64,000 bases of DNA from a virus. Positions 1 through 9,791 of this stretch are shown in pieces. Location of the stretch: the IMG/VR virus record IMGVR_UViG_3300015371_000004, positions 32,001-96,000 of that record; one strand, 5' to 3'. The translations under genes and the position numbers were made by a program. Each line of letters starts with the position of its first letter. The first letter of the stretch is position 1. The notes under the pieces are model-generated. The model saw only the letters and a list, made by a program, of their open reading frames with translations. It did no database searches and was not told the DNA's origin.

Positions 1-3000
1 TCGAGAAGAAGGCCTGCTGCAGGCTCTTGACGATGTCGAGGAGCGCCTCCTTCCACGACTTGGCGTGGACGATAATTGCGGCGAAGGCCTGCGAGATCGA
101 GCTGACAATGCTGGCGTAGATCGTGATGATGGCCTGATTGAGCAGCGAGGCCTCCCGCAGGATCTGGGCGTTGGTCTGCTTGTTGGCCTCCACGACCTTG
201 GCCTGTGTCGCCCGGATTTGGGTGACCTCGTCCTGACGCATGGCGGCGCGGCGAGCGGCATCATCGTTGGCCGCGTCCTCAATCGCGCGGAAGGCGTCTA
301 CGGCGTCGACATAGATCCCCTGCAGCTCGTTGGCGATTTCCGTGCGCTGGCCGCGGACGGCTTCCTCCAGCTCGCCGATCGACTTCCCGCGGGTCGCCTC
401 GATCGCCCGCTGAATCTTCTCGATGGCCGTCATCTCGGTCGCCGCGATGTTGATGCGGACGAGCGAGCGCTCCTTGGCTTCGGCCAGCTCGCGCTCAGCG
501 GCGCGCGTCCGATCGAAGATGGCGCGGTACTCGGCGGCCGTCTGATCTTCGAGGGCCTGCGCCTGCTTGTCGAGCGAGCGGATCAGGTCCTCGTAGTACC
601 GATTGTTCTGGGTAATTTTCTGGGACGTTTCGTCCTTCTTGGCGGTCACCGTCCGGTCGTAGAGATCGCGCTCAATCCCGTAGAGCTGGTCGGACAGGTT
701 GCGCTGCTCGTCGATGAGCGCACGGTTGGACGCCTCGGTCATCTTCAGCAGGTCGTCTTGGAGCTTGGAGACCCCCTCGGACGCCAAGACTTCGAAGGCC
801 GCCGCCAGCTCCTTGGCCTTGTCCCGCCACTTGTCGAGCGTCTCGGCCAGCTGGATCCGCCGCAGGTCTTCGAGCTGGTCGAGCAGATCCTTGTACTGCT
901 TCTTCTGCTCGGCCGTCAGGGTGTTCATCTTTTCGAGGGTTTCCCGCGCCCTGAGCAGGCGACCCGCGTAATCCTCCGATCCCGTCGCGACGTCCTTGAA
1001 GGCGATCTGCAGGCCGCGGAGCTGAGCGGCCAACGACTTCGAATCTCCAGCCACGCTCTCGGCGGTTGACTCCGTGACCTTCCGGAGACGCTCCTGCTCC
1101 TGCGTGACCTTCTTGGTGTGGGCCTCCCACGCGTTCTCCACCTCGGCCAAGAGCGACTTGATCTTGTCGGGGGCCATCGCGTTCAGCACGTTTTCGTCGT
1201 AGGACTTCTTCGCGATCTGGAACGCTTCCTTGAGCGTTGTCCCCAGCGCGCTGTACTTCCGCCGGGCCTCGTCAAGGTCAGCAGAGACGAACGACCGGTC
1301 CCGGGCTTTCCGGGCCTCGTCGTCCGTCGCAATGGTCAGGTCTTCAACGGTCTGCTTGAGCTGGCGAACTTTGGATTCGGCCTGCAGCCACTGGGCCCCG
1401 GTTTGGCCGAGCACCTTCTCTTGGGCTTTCAAGGCCCCGCTCACGTCCTCGACCGCGTCCGTCGAGGCGACCCATGCGTCGATGGAGTCCTTGCGGCGCG
1501 CCGTCAGCTGCTTGTCGGCCTCGACCGCCGCCCGCAGCGTGTTCACCCGACCCTCTTCCGCCTTCTGCGCCGCTTCGACGGCCTGCAGGGTCGCTTCGGC
1601 CTCGGTCAGTTCGACTTGCTTGTTCGCGAGGATCTGACGCAGCGCCTCCTTCCGTTTCTCGATGTTGGCGTCAATGATGGCGTTCAGGGCCTTGAGATCG
1701 ACGCCCTCTGCTCGGATGGCGCTGGCCACCGCGGGGGCGATTTTGACCAGCTCCTCCGCCGACCGGAACAGGCGGCCATGGGCGCTGGTGTTCCCGTCGA
1801 TCACGACCGAGAAGCGATCCAGCTCGGCGCTGGTCAGGTGAGTTTTATCCGCAAGGGCCAGCAGCTCTTTCTGGTACTTCGTCGCCGACTCCGCCGCTTC
1901 GTTGACTTTCTTCCGCTGATTCTCCAGCGCGATAATTGATGCCTGCGCGTCGGCGGCCTGCTCGTCCAGCGACACGCCCGCGTCCTCGACCGTCCCGCTG
2001 TAATAGACCCAAATGGCTGCTGCGGCGGCCAAGGCCAGCCCGATAGCCCCAAGGGCAACGTTCAACCCGCCGAAGGCCGCGATGGCAGCCCTGACAATGT
2101 TCGTCCCGGCCGCCATCTCGGCAAAGAAGACCGCGAATGCCCCTCGCAGCTTGATCACCAGATCGATGGTCTGCAGGAACTTCGCGCCTGCAAGGGCCGC
2201 CGAGAACGCGGCCATAACCGTCGTGGCCACCGCTATGGCCGTCACGAAAGCCTGTACGTTGGGCGGCAGATCGATCCAGAACTTCAGGAAGGCCGTGCCG
2301 GTCTGGACCACGAGGAGCATGGTCGGGAGGAGCGCCTTGCCGAGCTTCTCCTCGGCCGTCTCGACGAAGCGGGCAAACGAGCCCATCTGCTTGCCTGCGG
2401 TCTCCATGGCTGACTCGTAGGCGCCGGTGACCTTCTCGGCCTCTTGCAGGATTTTGTTGACGAAGGCCTGCCGCTTTTCGAGGGCGTCCAGCTGCTGCCA
2501 CGTCTTGCCGACGGTCTCGGCGTACTCCTGATAAATCTGCCTGAGGCCCGTGACGATCCCGACCTGCCGGAGGAGCAGCGGCTGCTGGACCTGAATCGCC
2601 GCGGTCAGCCGCTGGAACGTCTGGGACGAATTCTCCCCGGCGACCACGGCCAAGTCTTGGGCCGCGCGCGCGATCTTGGCCGCATCGGCCACGTTCAGGT
2701 TGGCCTGCGCAAAGGCCAGTACCGATTGCCGGGCTTCAATCGACGTGATGCCCAGCTTCTCGATCGCCTTGGCCTGCGCCTCCATTTCCAGCGAACTGGT
2801 CCGGCCATTCTGCCCCAAGGTCTTGATGACCACGTCAAGCGTCTGAATCCGGGCCGCCAGCGACCCGGAGTGCTCCAGCAGCGCCAAGAGCCCCACCGAG
2901 AGGGCGCTGAAGACGACCGACACGGCCAGCGCGGACGTCCGGAGAGATTCCATCGTGCTGACCGTCTGGCCCCCGGTCTGGTTCAGGAGCCCGTAGGCGG

Positions 3001-3421
3001 TGTTCAGCGACTGCACCTGAGCGGCCTGCTCCTTGGTGACAACCGTCCCGGCCTTCATCGAGTTGTTGAGGTTGGTGAGCTGCTGCCCGGTGATGGTCGC
3101 GCCGCCCACGAGCGCGTTGGTATGGACGACGAGCTGTTTGAAGGCGTCCGACTGGAGCTGCGTGATGGTCGTGCCGACCTTCATCTGGTCGGCGAGGATC
3201 GACCAGCCCTGCGCGCTCTTGGCGACAAACTCGGCGGCCTGTCGCGACTGCTGGGTGAGGGCTGTGAGGGCGTCGACTTGCTGCTTGGCGGCCGGGGCCG
3301 TCCCGGCCATCTTCTGACTGGCCTGCTGAGACTTGCTGGCCAGATCGGTCAGCGCGTCGCCAAAGTTCTTGACGACGAGGGAGCCTTGATCGTCAACGTC
3401 GATGACCGCGAGGATCGCCAC
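1..3421 (-). CDS. Tail tape measure protein (runs off the left edge)
   Basis: Absent from the ORF track because no stop falls in the window. GTG at 3421 gives MAILAVIDVDDQGSLVVKNFGDALTDLASKSQQ...; the same frame reads AFAAIIVHAKSWKEALLDIVKSLQQAFFS at the edge. Ala/Lys/Gln-rich helical sequence lying directly after the tail chaperones. Confidence 0.85.
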   Translation of the reverse strand, partial: MAILAVIDVDDQGSLVVKNFGDALTDLASKSQQASQKMAGTAPAAKQQVDALTALTQQSRQAAEFVAKSAQGWSILADQMKVGTTITQLQSDAFKQLVVHTNALVGGATITGQQLTNLNNSMKAGTVVTKEQAAQVQSLNTAYGLLNQTGGQTVSTMESLRTSALAVSVVFSALSVGLLALLEHSGSLAARIQTLDVVIKTLGQNGRTSSLEMEAQAKAIEKLGITSIEARQSVLAFAQANLNVADAAKIARAAQDLAVVAGENSSQTFQRLTAAIQVQQPLLLRQVGIVTGLRQIYQEYAETVGKTWQQLDALEKRQAFVNKILQEAEKVTGAYESAMETAGKQMGSFARFVETAEEKLGKALLPTMLLVVQTGTAFLKFWIDLPPNVQAFVTAIAVATTVMAAFSAALAGAKFLQTIDLVIKLRGAFAVFFAEMAAGTNIVRAAIAAFGGLNVALGAIGLALAAAAAIWVYYSGTVEDAGVSLDEQAADAQASIIALENQRKKVNEAAESATKYQKELLALADKTHLTSAELDRFSVVIDGNTSAHGRLFRSAEELVKIAPAVASAIRAEGVDLKALNAIIDANIEKRKEALRQILANKQVELTEAEATLQAVEAAQKAEEGRVNTLRAAVEADKQLTARRKDSIDAWVASTDAVEDVSGALKAQEKVLGQTGAQWLQAESKVRQLKQTVEDLTIATDDEARKARDRSFVSADLDEARRKYSALGTTLKEAFQIAKKSYDENVLNAMAPDKIKSLLAEVENAWEAHTKKVTQEQERLRKVTESTAESVAGDSKSLAAQLRGLQIAFKDVATGSEDYAGRLLRARETLEKMNTLTAEQKKQYKDLLDQLEDLRRIQLAETLDKWRDKAKELAAAFEVLASEGVSKLQDDLLKMTEASNRALIDEQRNLSDQLYGIERDLYDRTVTAKKDETSQKITQNNRYYEDLIRSLDKQAQALEDQTAAEYRAIFDRTRAAERELAEAKERSLVRINIAATEMTAIEKIQRAIEATRGKSIGELEEAVRGQRTEIANELQGIYVDAVDAFRAIEDAANDDAARRAAMRQDEVTQIRATQAKVVEANKQTNAQILREASLLNQAIITIYASIVSSISQAFAAIIVHAKSWKEALLDIVKSLQQAFFS

Positions 3422-3434
3422 GTGTCGTCGTCCC

Positions 3435-3971
3435 TCACTTCAGAGGCCGCGTCTGCTGGAAGATCGTCCCGCCCGGGGGCGGCGCCTTCGTCTGCTTGCG
3501 CACCTCTTTGAGCGCTGCCGTCGTCTCCGGCTTTTCCTTCTGCGGCATGGACGCGAGCCGGACGCGGTCCTTGGCCTCGAACACCAGCCGCTCGATCCGC
3601 TGCTTCTCGCCCGTCAGCGCAATGAGCGACGTCCACGTCTCCGGGTCCAGCTCATTCATCTGGAACCGGCAGCCGGACGCCCGGAGCGAATCGAGCCGGA
3701 AGATCCGCCGGAGCCATGGCAGAAACTCCGGCGGGAGGTCCGGCTCGGCCGGAGTCACAAACTTCGGGCACCCCGCCTCGTCGCTGCACGGCATGTCCTT
3801 CTTCCCCACCTTCTCGTGCAGCGTGCAGAACCCCGACTTCGGGCACCCCGCGTCGTACCGGAACGCGGCGTACAGGTACGCCCGGATTACTGCACGGATG
3901 GACCAGCCTTGGGCTTGCTCGCGTCGTCGGCGCTTGGCGGCAGCCCCCGAGGCCCCGCCTGCGATTTTGGG
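3435..3971 (-). CDS. Tail assembly chaperone, frameshifted C-terminal extension (gpGT-like)
   Basis: The -1 frame opens one codon before the slippery heptamer C CCA AAA (3971-3965) and runs to 3435, including track ORF 3435..3809. Confidence 0.75.
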   Translation of the reverse strand, partial: PKIAGGASGAAAKRRRREQAQGWSIRAVIRAYLYAAFRYDAGCPKSGFCTLHEKVGKKDMPCSDEAGCPKFVTPAEPDLPPEFLPWLRRIFRLDSLRASGCRFQMNELDPETWTSLIALTGEKQRIERLVFEAKDRVRLASMPQKEKPETTAALKEVRKQTKAPPPGGTIFQQTRPLK

Positions 3972-4405
3972 TCCTCAGTCTTCTCGTCGTCCTCATCGTC
4001 GAAGGACGACGCGCCCCAGACCTGCCCGACCAGCTCCTGCATGGCCTTCTGCTTGGTCAGGACGTCGACATAGGCCGTGGCCTTCTGGGCGTCCAGCTCG
4101 TCGAGCACCCGCGTGCCGTAGGGCACGTCGTAGGCGCGCACGACCAGCTGGTCGTAGAGCGTCTTGGCCGCGATGACCTGATTGCTCTTGACCGTCGCGT
4201 CCTTGTTGCGGAACTTCACGCTGGTGGCCGTGTTCTCGTAGGCCTGCATCTCGTACTCGTTGGGCATGCGCTGGAACACGTGCACGGAGCGCTTGTACTG
4301 GCCGCGGTGCTTGTGGGTGACGACCGAGTAGACCTCCGTCCCGGTCGGCTTGACGTCTTCGTCGATCTGGGCGTAGTCCTGCGGGGTGAGCTTCAATCCA
4401 GCCAT
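3887..4405 (-). CDS. Tail assembly chaperone (gpG-like)
   Basis: Lies between tail tube and tape measure; ATG 4405 with AGGAGG SD; acidic C-terminus containing the slippery site. Confidence 0.75.
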   Translation of the reverse strand: MAGLKLTPQDYAQIDEDVKPTGTEVYSVVTHKHRGQYKRSVHVFQRMPNEYEMQAYENTATSVKFRNKDATVKSNQVIAAKTLYDQLVVRAYDVPYGTRVLDELDAQKATAYVDVLTKQKAMQELVGQVWGASSFDDEDDEKTEDPKSQAGPRGLPPSADDASKPKAGPSVQ

Positions 4406-4425
4406 GGGAACCTCCTGCGTCGGGT

Positions 4426-4459
4426 GACCCGGCCGCCGATGGCGGGCGGCGGCCGGGTC
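4426..4459. other. 13-bp perfect GC-rich hairpin between tail tube and chaperone genes
   Basis: GACCCGGCCGCCG...CGGCGGCCGGGTC. No U-tract, so an mRNA-stabilising or attenuating hairpin rather than a clear terminator. Confidence 0.45.
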
Positions 4460-4490
4460 TGAGGGTGAACCGAGAAAACGAACCAGAGAC

Positions 4491-5549
4491 TTACGGCGAC
4501 AAGTAACTCGATGTCGTGTTGATAACCGTGGCCTCCCACGGATTGTCGAGCCCGGCGTCATACATCACGACGGTCGAGACCGCGTAGGTGATGACGTCCC
4601 CGTTGGTGTTGACCGGGGCCGCCCGGTAGCGCAGCCGCGGAATGTTGATGATGAGCTTGTGGCTCTGGCCACCGCCGATCGTGTCACCGGTGATGGTCAT
4701 CAGCGCCTTCAGGTCAGACTGATTCTCCAGACGGGTCTGGACCTGCGTGCCGACCTTGGCGCGGAAGACGATCTCCAAGAGGACGGCGCGGCGGGTGAAC
4801 TCCAGCTTGTTGCGGATCTGGCCCGAGTGCGGATCGCCCGAGACCTGATAGCCCGAGCCGGGGCAGTAGCCGCCGACCTCGTCGTAGGCCATCTCGGACC
4901 GCCACCGGAAGCTGTCCACGTCGCAGGACTCGTCGAGCAGCGACGCGCTCGGCCCATGCTCGAAGAGCAGGCTGGCATGCCGGAGCAGCGCGCCTTCGGT
5001 GGCCGTCGGGAAGGTGAACCCGCTGACGCTGATCTTCTTGCCCGAGCCAATGAGATCAAGTGCAAGCCGGATCCAGTCGTTCAGCTGCCCGGTGATCTCG
5101 ATCGCCATGACCTGCATGCTCGGCCATTCGCGAATGTCGCCGGGGTGGATCCGCTCCATGATCGTGGTGACCGGCTGCTGGCGGCCGGAGCCGTAGTAGC
5201 CGACGCCCGTCGGATCCTGATACTCGAACACGTGCTGGAAGGCACCGGAGCCGAGCGATGTCGTGGTGACCTTGCCGCAGTGGAAGGCAAAGCCCCAGCC
5301 GAGCATCTTGGTCGTGGCCTGAAAGGTGCGACGCATCCGCACGTCCCACGAGAGGACCTCGTTGCGGGTCGCGAACTCGTGGCCCTTACCGTACTGGGCC
5401 GCGTTGTCGGACATATTCGGGACCAGATCCGAGAAGTCCGCGCCCTCGAAGGGGTGCGACTCGATCAGGTCGCCGGTGACGTTCGGGGTGGCGTAGGCCG
5501 ACTGCCGCTTGTTCGTGTATGCCCAATGCAGGCCAACTACTGATTCCAC
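4491..5549 (-). CDS. Major tail (tube) protein
   Basis: 352 aa, beta-rich, G/T/S-rich; immediately upstream of chaperone and tape measure. Confidence 0.75.
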   Translation of the reverse strand: MESVVGLHWAYTNKRQSAYATPNVTGDLIESHPFEGADFSDLVPNMSDNAAQYGKGHEFATRNEVLSWDVRMRRTFQATTKMLGWGFAFHCGKVTTTSLGSGAFQHVFEYQDPTGVGYYGSGRQQPVTTIMERIHPGDIREWPSMQVMAIEITGQLNDWIRLALDLIGSGKKISVSGFTFPTATEGALLRHASLLFEHGPSASLLDESCDVDSFRWRSEMAYDEVGGYCPGSGYQVSGDPHSGQIRNKLEFTRRAVLLEIVFRAKVGTQVQTRLENQSDLKALMTITGDTIGGGQSHKLIINIPRLRYRAAPVNTNGDVITYAVSTVVMYDAGLDNPWEATVINTTSSYLSP

Positions 5550-5559
5550 GGTCAGCTCC

Positions 5560-6069
5560 TCACGGTATCAACGGCCAGCAAAACGGCTTCGTCCGCGGCG
5601 TGTAGGGCATTCGGCAGCGGTGCACGAATGTCTTGCCCGCCGATTCGAAGCCCGGCGCCGCCAGAAGGTCGAACGCCACGTCGCCCCCGACCTCCTCGTA
5701 CGTCTGGTCCATGAAGCTCAGCCCCAACCGGTTGCCCCGCAGGGTGTCCTTGACGTCCTGCACGAGCTGGAAGACGCCCTTCGTCGGATCAGACGCCTCG
5801 CCCCAGAGGGACAGGTCTTCATCAGTCACCTTGCACAAGAGGAAGAGGTCGAAGCGATAAATCCGTTGGAAATAGCGGGGGCCGATCGTGCGCTCGGTCC
5901 ATGGGATGCCCGTCGGGGCAATCCGGATCCCGTAGGTAGTGATCGCCGGAAGCCATTCGGTCTTCCACTGACCCTTGGTGATGCTGATGCCCGTGTAAGA
6001 CGGTGCAACGAGAGACGTTAGGGTCAGGATGACCGCGTCGGCGATGTCTTTGAGTTCGTGGTTGGCCAC
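5560..6069 (-). CDS. Tail completion/terminator-like protein
   Basis: 169 aa; synteny just before the tail tube. Confidence 0.5.
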   Translation of the reverse strand: MANHELKDIADAVILTLTSLVAPSYTGISITKGQWKTEWLPAITTYGIRIAPTGIPWTERTIGPRYFQRIYRFDLFLLCKVTDEDLSLWGEASDPTKGVFQLVQDVKDTLRGNRLGLSFMDQTYEEVGGDVAFDLLAAPGFESAGKTFVHRCRMPYTPRTKPFCWPLIP

Positions 6070-6099
6070 CTACCCGATGGCCGGAGGACTAACCGAGGG

Positions 6100-6621
6100 T
6101 CAGCGGCCTCTTCGGAAGAGCTGATACGGGCCCGTCGGCGGCTTCAGAAATTGCACGGCAAAGACATGGATGGTGTTACCCGTCAGCGTCAGCGACTCGT
6201 TCGACCGATCGATAAAATTGATCAGCCCGTCGGCGTTTGCTCCGTTCTTGCCCGCCAGCGATCGACCCTCCGGGCCCCCCAACCGGTAGATCGTCTCCCT
6301 CCCGGCCGGGACCTTGATCCCCGCCTCGGCCACCATTCGTTCGAGGTGAGCGCTTTGCTCAGGCCCGCCGTCTGGCCTGAACGCATCAATGGCCGACAGG
6401 GGGATGGAGCCGACATGGTCGGCCGTGAACGCTCCGCCCTCCGGGAAGCTGTACCAGTTGGCCTGCCAGTTCCCGTGCTTCGTCCCGGTCTGGACCCCCA
6501 CGGCCGGACCGTTCTCACGCCCACAGAACTGGCCCCCGTCAGGGCGGCCCGCGGGCTGGTGGCAGTCGTTGGACTCCCGAAAACCTCCGGACGAGGGCTG
6601 AAGACGCCAGTCGAGGCTCAT
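6100..6621 (-). CDS. Motif-tagged protein 1 (putative virion cargo)
   Basis: N-terminus MSLDWRLQPSSGGFRESNDCHQPAGRPDGGQFCG is nearly identical to that of 7054..8223; the body is unrelated. Confidence 0.7.
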   Translation of the reverse strand: MSLDWRLQPSSGGFRESNDCHQPAGRPDGGQFCGRENGPAVGVQTGTKHGNWQANWYSFPEGGAFTADHVGSIPLSAIDAFRPDGGPEQSAHLERMVAEAGIKVPAGRETIYRLGGPEGRSLAGKNGANADGLINFIDRSNESLTLTGNTIHVFAVQFLKPPTGPYQLFRRGR

Positions 6622-7049
6622 TGGGCCGTCGTCAGGGCGCCGAACTTGATGTGCGTCTCGCGCCCGCAGAACTTGTTGGTCTGGTCGTAGAGGTCCTGCT
6701 GATTGATGACCTCAGTCACCGTCCGGCCGACCCCGGTAATCGTGTGGACCACCTTGTCGAAGAGCTGGGTGATCCGGATCTCGATGTCGTAGACCCGCTC
6801 GACGTCGTAGGAGTACGTCCGGATGGAGACGACCGGCTCGGTCACCCCGTTCACCTCCCGGCCCATCGACATCTGCGCCCACGAGAGGTACGCCGGGAAG
6901 CCGATCGGCGTCTCGGCCGGGGCGTCGTAGTAGTGGTAGACCCGCGGATCGGATGGGCCGCCGCCGGTCAGCGTCTTGATGGTCGTGTCCCCTGCCAGCG
7001 TGGTCTGCAGGTAATCGGTAATCTTGTCCGAGAGGACCGCGAGTGGCAT
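6618..7049 (-). CDS. Tail terminator/neck protein-like
   Basis: Start MPLAVLSDKITDYLQ at 7049; RVY...AP...FPAYLSW pattern typical of tail-completion proteins; synteny. Confidence 0.55.
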   Translation of the reverse strand: MPLAVLSDKITDYLQTTLAGDTTIKTLTGGGPSDPRVYHYYDAPAETPIGFPAYLSWAQMSMGREVNGVTEPVVSIRTYSYDVERVYDIEIRITQLFDKVVHTITGVGRTVTEVINQQDLYDQTNKFCGRETHIKFGALTTAQ

Positions 7050-7053
7050 AGGG

Positions 7054-8223
7054 TCAGAATTCCCCCTTCGACCGATACGCGGGCGCCTGATCGACCCAGA
7101 GCACCTGCTTCTTCGAGTAGTGCTTGACCCGCCCAAAGACCGTCTTGATCCCCGCATCGGCCAAGGCCCTCTGGTACTTGCCCAACGCGTAGAGCCTAGA
7201 GCCCCCCTGAAACGACCCGACATGGTCGATGTAGATCCGCTGCGGATTTCCGGGGGTACTGAAGTCAGTGCGCGTGTTCACCACGTAGCCGTGGGCACTC
7301 GACTCCTCGCTACCGGGCACAGTCAGCCCATGGCGCGCGTGGCGTCCGGCCGTATGCCCCGCCGCTTGGAGCGCCTGACTGACACGACTGAACGTGCTCT
7401 CACCACCCCCAAAGAGCTTCTCGGCACGCGTCCCCAGCTCGACCGCCATCTGCTGGTCAGTCAATCCGTGCTTCGGTCCCACCCAGAAGGTGTCACCCGA
7501 CACGTCTTGCCGGGTGTACACCGAGCGGCCGAGCTTCACTGTAGCCCCAAGCGGGGCATGGGCGGCCAGCCACGCCCCGGCTCGTCGATGCTGGGCCTCG
7601 GTGGCCGTCTGTGCGTACGCAAAGCTCTTGGCGATGCTCTGCACCGTGCTGCAGAACTGTCCACCGTCCGGTGACCCACCCGGCTTGTGGCAGTCATTCG
7701 ACTCCCGTTGCGCCTTCTTCCACCGCACGCCGACATAGTGCCTGCCCATCGCTGACTGGACGTACGGCTGGCCATCCCGGTCCACTTTGACCACTCCGCG
7801 TGTACCAGTCTCCGTGTCGAAGACGACGTCCCCCTTGGCGAGGCCATGCTTCTGCTTGAGCTGCGCGGCGAGCTTGGGCGCCACCGCAGCAGTCGCGGCA
7901 GCCTTGGCTACCCTCCGCTCGGCCTGCTGTCGCTTTCGCCCCGCCCCCAATACTTCCAGCTGAAAGGCGGCACTCGGGATTCCCGGGCCCTTGCGTTGAT
8001 TGGACCAAAACGCATCGACATCCTGCTCCAGCCGCCGCTGCCCATGCTTCTCAGCGTAGGCGGCCACCTCTGTCGCGTAGGCCGGGTGTCGCGCAAGAAA
8101 TTCTTGGGTGCCCACGTGAGCTGTGGAGCAAAACTGCCCACCGTCGGGTGATCCACCCGGCTTATGACAGTCGTTGGCCTCCCGGAAGCCGCCCGACGAG
8201 GGTTGGAGGCGCCAGTCGAGCAT
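7054..8223 (-). CDS. Motif-tagged protein 2 with two motif copies (putative virion cargo polyprotein)
   Basis: ATG 8223 with GGAGG SD; FREANDCHKPGGSPDGGQFCS at the N-terminus and QRESNDCHKPGGSPDGGQFCS internally (7710-7648); basic protein. Confidence 0.75.
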   Translation of the reverse strand: MLDWRLQPSSGGFREANDCHKPGGSPDGGQFCSTAHVGTQEFLARHPAYATEVAAYAEKHGQRRLEQDVDAFWSNQRKGPGIPSAAFQLEVLGAGRKRQQAERRVAKAAATAAVAPKLAAQLKQKHGLAKGDVVFDTETGTRGVVKVDRDGQPYVQSAMGRHYVGVRWKKAQRESNDCHKPGGSPDGGQFCSTVQSIAKSFAYAQTATEAQHRRAGAWLAAHAPLGATVKLGRSVYTRQDVSGDTFWVGPKHGLTDQQMAVELGTRAEKLFGGGESTFSRVSQALQAAGHTAGRHARHGLTVPGSEESSAHGYVVNTRTDFSTPGNPQRIYIDHVGSFQGGSRLYALGKYQRALADAGIKTVFGRVKHYSKKQVLWVDQAPAYRSKGEF

Positions 8224-8345
8224 CAGGCGCCTCCCCACGTTGCTGACTTTTTCCGGTTGTCCGTCATCCAGAGCGGCTTCTGGTGTGCCGCGGCTCGGGC
8301 CGGGTTTTTTCGGCGCCACTCCCGCTGGTACTCCGCAGTCGTCAC
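8223..8345 (-). pseudogene. 40-aa ORF, possible homing-endonuclease N-terminal remnant
   Basis: MTTAEYQREWRRKNPARAAAHQK...; coupled by GTGA upstream and TGATG downstream; no nuclease core. Confidence 0.35.
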
Positions 8346-8758
8346 GCTCCACCTAAAGACAGTCGGCCGGAGTATGAGGCATCTTCCAGCGCGCTATCTA
8401 TGCCTTCAGCTAGTTTTTCGTATAAATCTGGAAGGTATTTGTAAAAAGTGCCCCAGAAGTACGGGTACGGGCGGCTTCTGCCGGGCACGCCCTCCTCCAC
8501 TGCCGCGGCGTAGGGCGCCAAGGCGTAGACGTGCAGCTCGATGTGCCCATTGCCCGGGACTTCGATGTGGTAGCCGATGCTCCGCTCCAGCCTCCCCGTC
8601 CGGTTGATGAACGAGTGCTGGGTGATCATCTCCTGCGTGGCCGTCGACCCGAACCATTCGAGGACGGTCGTGATGTTGAGCAGGAACTGCTGCGCCAACC
8701 CACCCACCCGCGTGATGAGGTCGTCGAGCCCTTCCATCCGGAGGCGCGGGACGATCAC
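8342..8758 (-). CDS. HK97 gp10-like neck protein
   Basis: RTGRLERSI...APYAAAVEEG...PYPYFW motifs. Confidence 0.75.
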   Translation of the reverse strand: MIVPRLRMEGLDDLITRVGGLAQQFLLNITTVLEWFGSTATQEMITQHSFINRTGRLERSIGYHIEVPGNGHIELHVYALAPYAAAVEEGVPGRSRPYPYFWGTFYKYLPDLYEKLAEGIDSALEDASYSGRLSLGGA

Positions 8759-9153
8759 GGCACCACCGGCGCCGTCTGGCGATACTCGTCGAGCCGCAGC
8801 TCGACGAAGTAGCCGTGATGGTTCAGGACGTTCGTCACCTGAAACGTCTGCCCGTCGATGTCCACGAAGTCACCCTGCAGGACGCCCCGGTTGCCCACGA
8901 CAATGAGGGTGGGCGAGGTCCGCTCCGTCTGCCCGCCGCCGTAGAGCTGGACCACGCCCCCAGCCGGGATGAAGAGCAGCTCCCCCTCGTAGATCACGGT
9001 CCGAGGCCCCGAGCCGAACTGCTTCTGGCCCTTGTTCCCGTAGACGTACGTCTCCCGGTAGATCCGGAGGAAGCGCGCCGGGAAGGACCGGGTCAGCTGC
9101 TGGATTTCCCGCTGCACGATGGTGCCGCGGGGGCGCCGGAGTCCGGTCCTCAT
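8755..9153 (-). CDS. Head closure/stopper protein
   Basis: 132 aa ending GDFVDIDGQTFQVTNV...VELRL; synteny. Confidence 0.6.
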   Translation of the reverse strand: MRTGLRRPRGTIVQREIQQLTRSFPARFLRIYRETYVYGNKGQKQFGSGPRTVIYEGELLFIPAGGVVQLYGGGQTERTSPTLIVVGNRGVLQGDFVDIDGQTFQVTNVLNHHGYFVELRLDEYRQTAPVVP

Positions 9154-9791
9154 CGGCCTTGATAGTTGATCATCCGGTAGGCGGTCATGGCGAGGGCAGG
9201 CGATTCCTGCCCGAGGGCCGTTTCGAGAAAGACCTTGAGCTTCGTCTGCGCCTTCTCGAAAGCAAGCCGGGCCATCTCCCGCCAGTTCGGGTGCGAGCGG
9301 TACTGGTGCGCCTCGTAACCGCCCGCGGTGACCACGATCTCCTCGGCCTCGATCGCCGCCATCATCATGTAGGCATGGTAGGCCGCGAAGTCGAGGGCCA
9401 CCGGGCGCAGCCCCACTGGGCTCACGAGGGGGACCGTTTCGAAACTCAGCGTCTGGCAGCCTTGGATCACCGCCTCATCGAGCTGCTCATCGCTGAACCA
9501 TTGGTAGCCGAAGGACGCCAAGAGGGCGCCGGAGGGCGGCGGCGCGGTGACCAAGCTGACCACGCCCGTGTCCACTTCGAAGTTGTCGATGTCGCCGTCC
9601 TGAATGATGGCCCCGTCGAGGTAGAGCGTCAGAGAGCCTTCGAGGATGCGCGTGCGGCCAAGAGAAAAGTCTTTGGTATGCCCGTCCGGGACAGGATAGA
9701 TCGGGACCTTGAATTCGAACTTGTCCCCGTCGTTATCCGCGAGCAGTGTCCGGAGAGACTTGCGCGCGGCACTCGACTCCCACTCGGCCAT
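9150..9791 (-). CDS. Head-tail adaptor protein
   Basis: LRTLLADN...FSDEQLDEA pattern with an inserted beta domain; synteny after the capsid gene. Confidence 0.6.
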   Translation of the reverse strand: MAEWESSAARKSLRTLLADNDGDKFEFKVPIYPVPDGHTKDFSLGRTRILEGSLTLYLDGAIIQDGDIDNFEVDTGVVSLVTAPPPSGALLASFGYQWFSDEQLDEAVIQGCQTLSFETVPLVSPVGLRPVALDFAAYHAYMMMAAIEAEEIVVTAGGYEAHQYRSHPNWREMARLAFEKAQTKLKVFLETALGQESPALAMTAYRMINYQGR

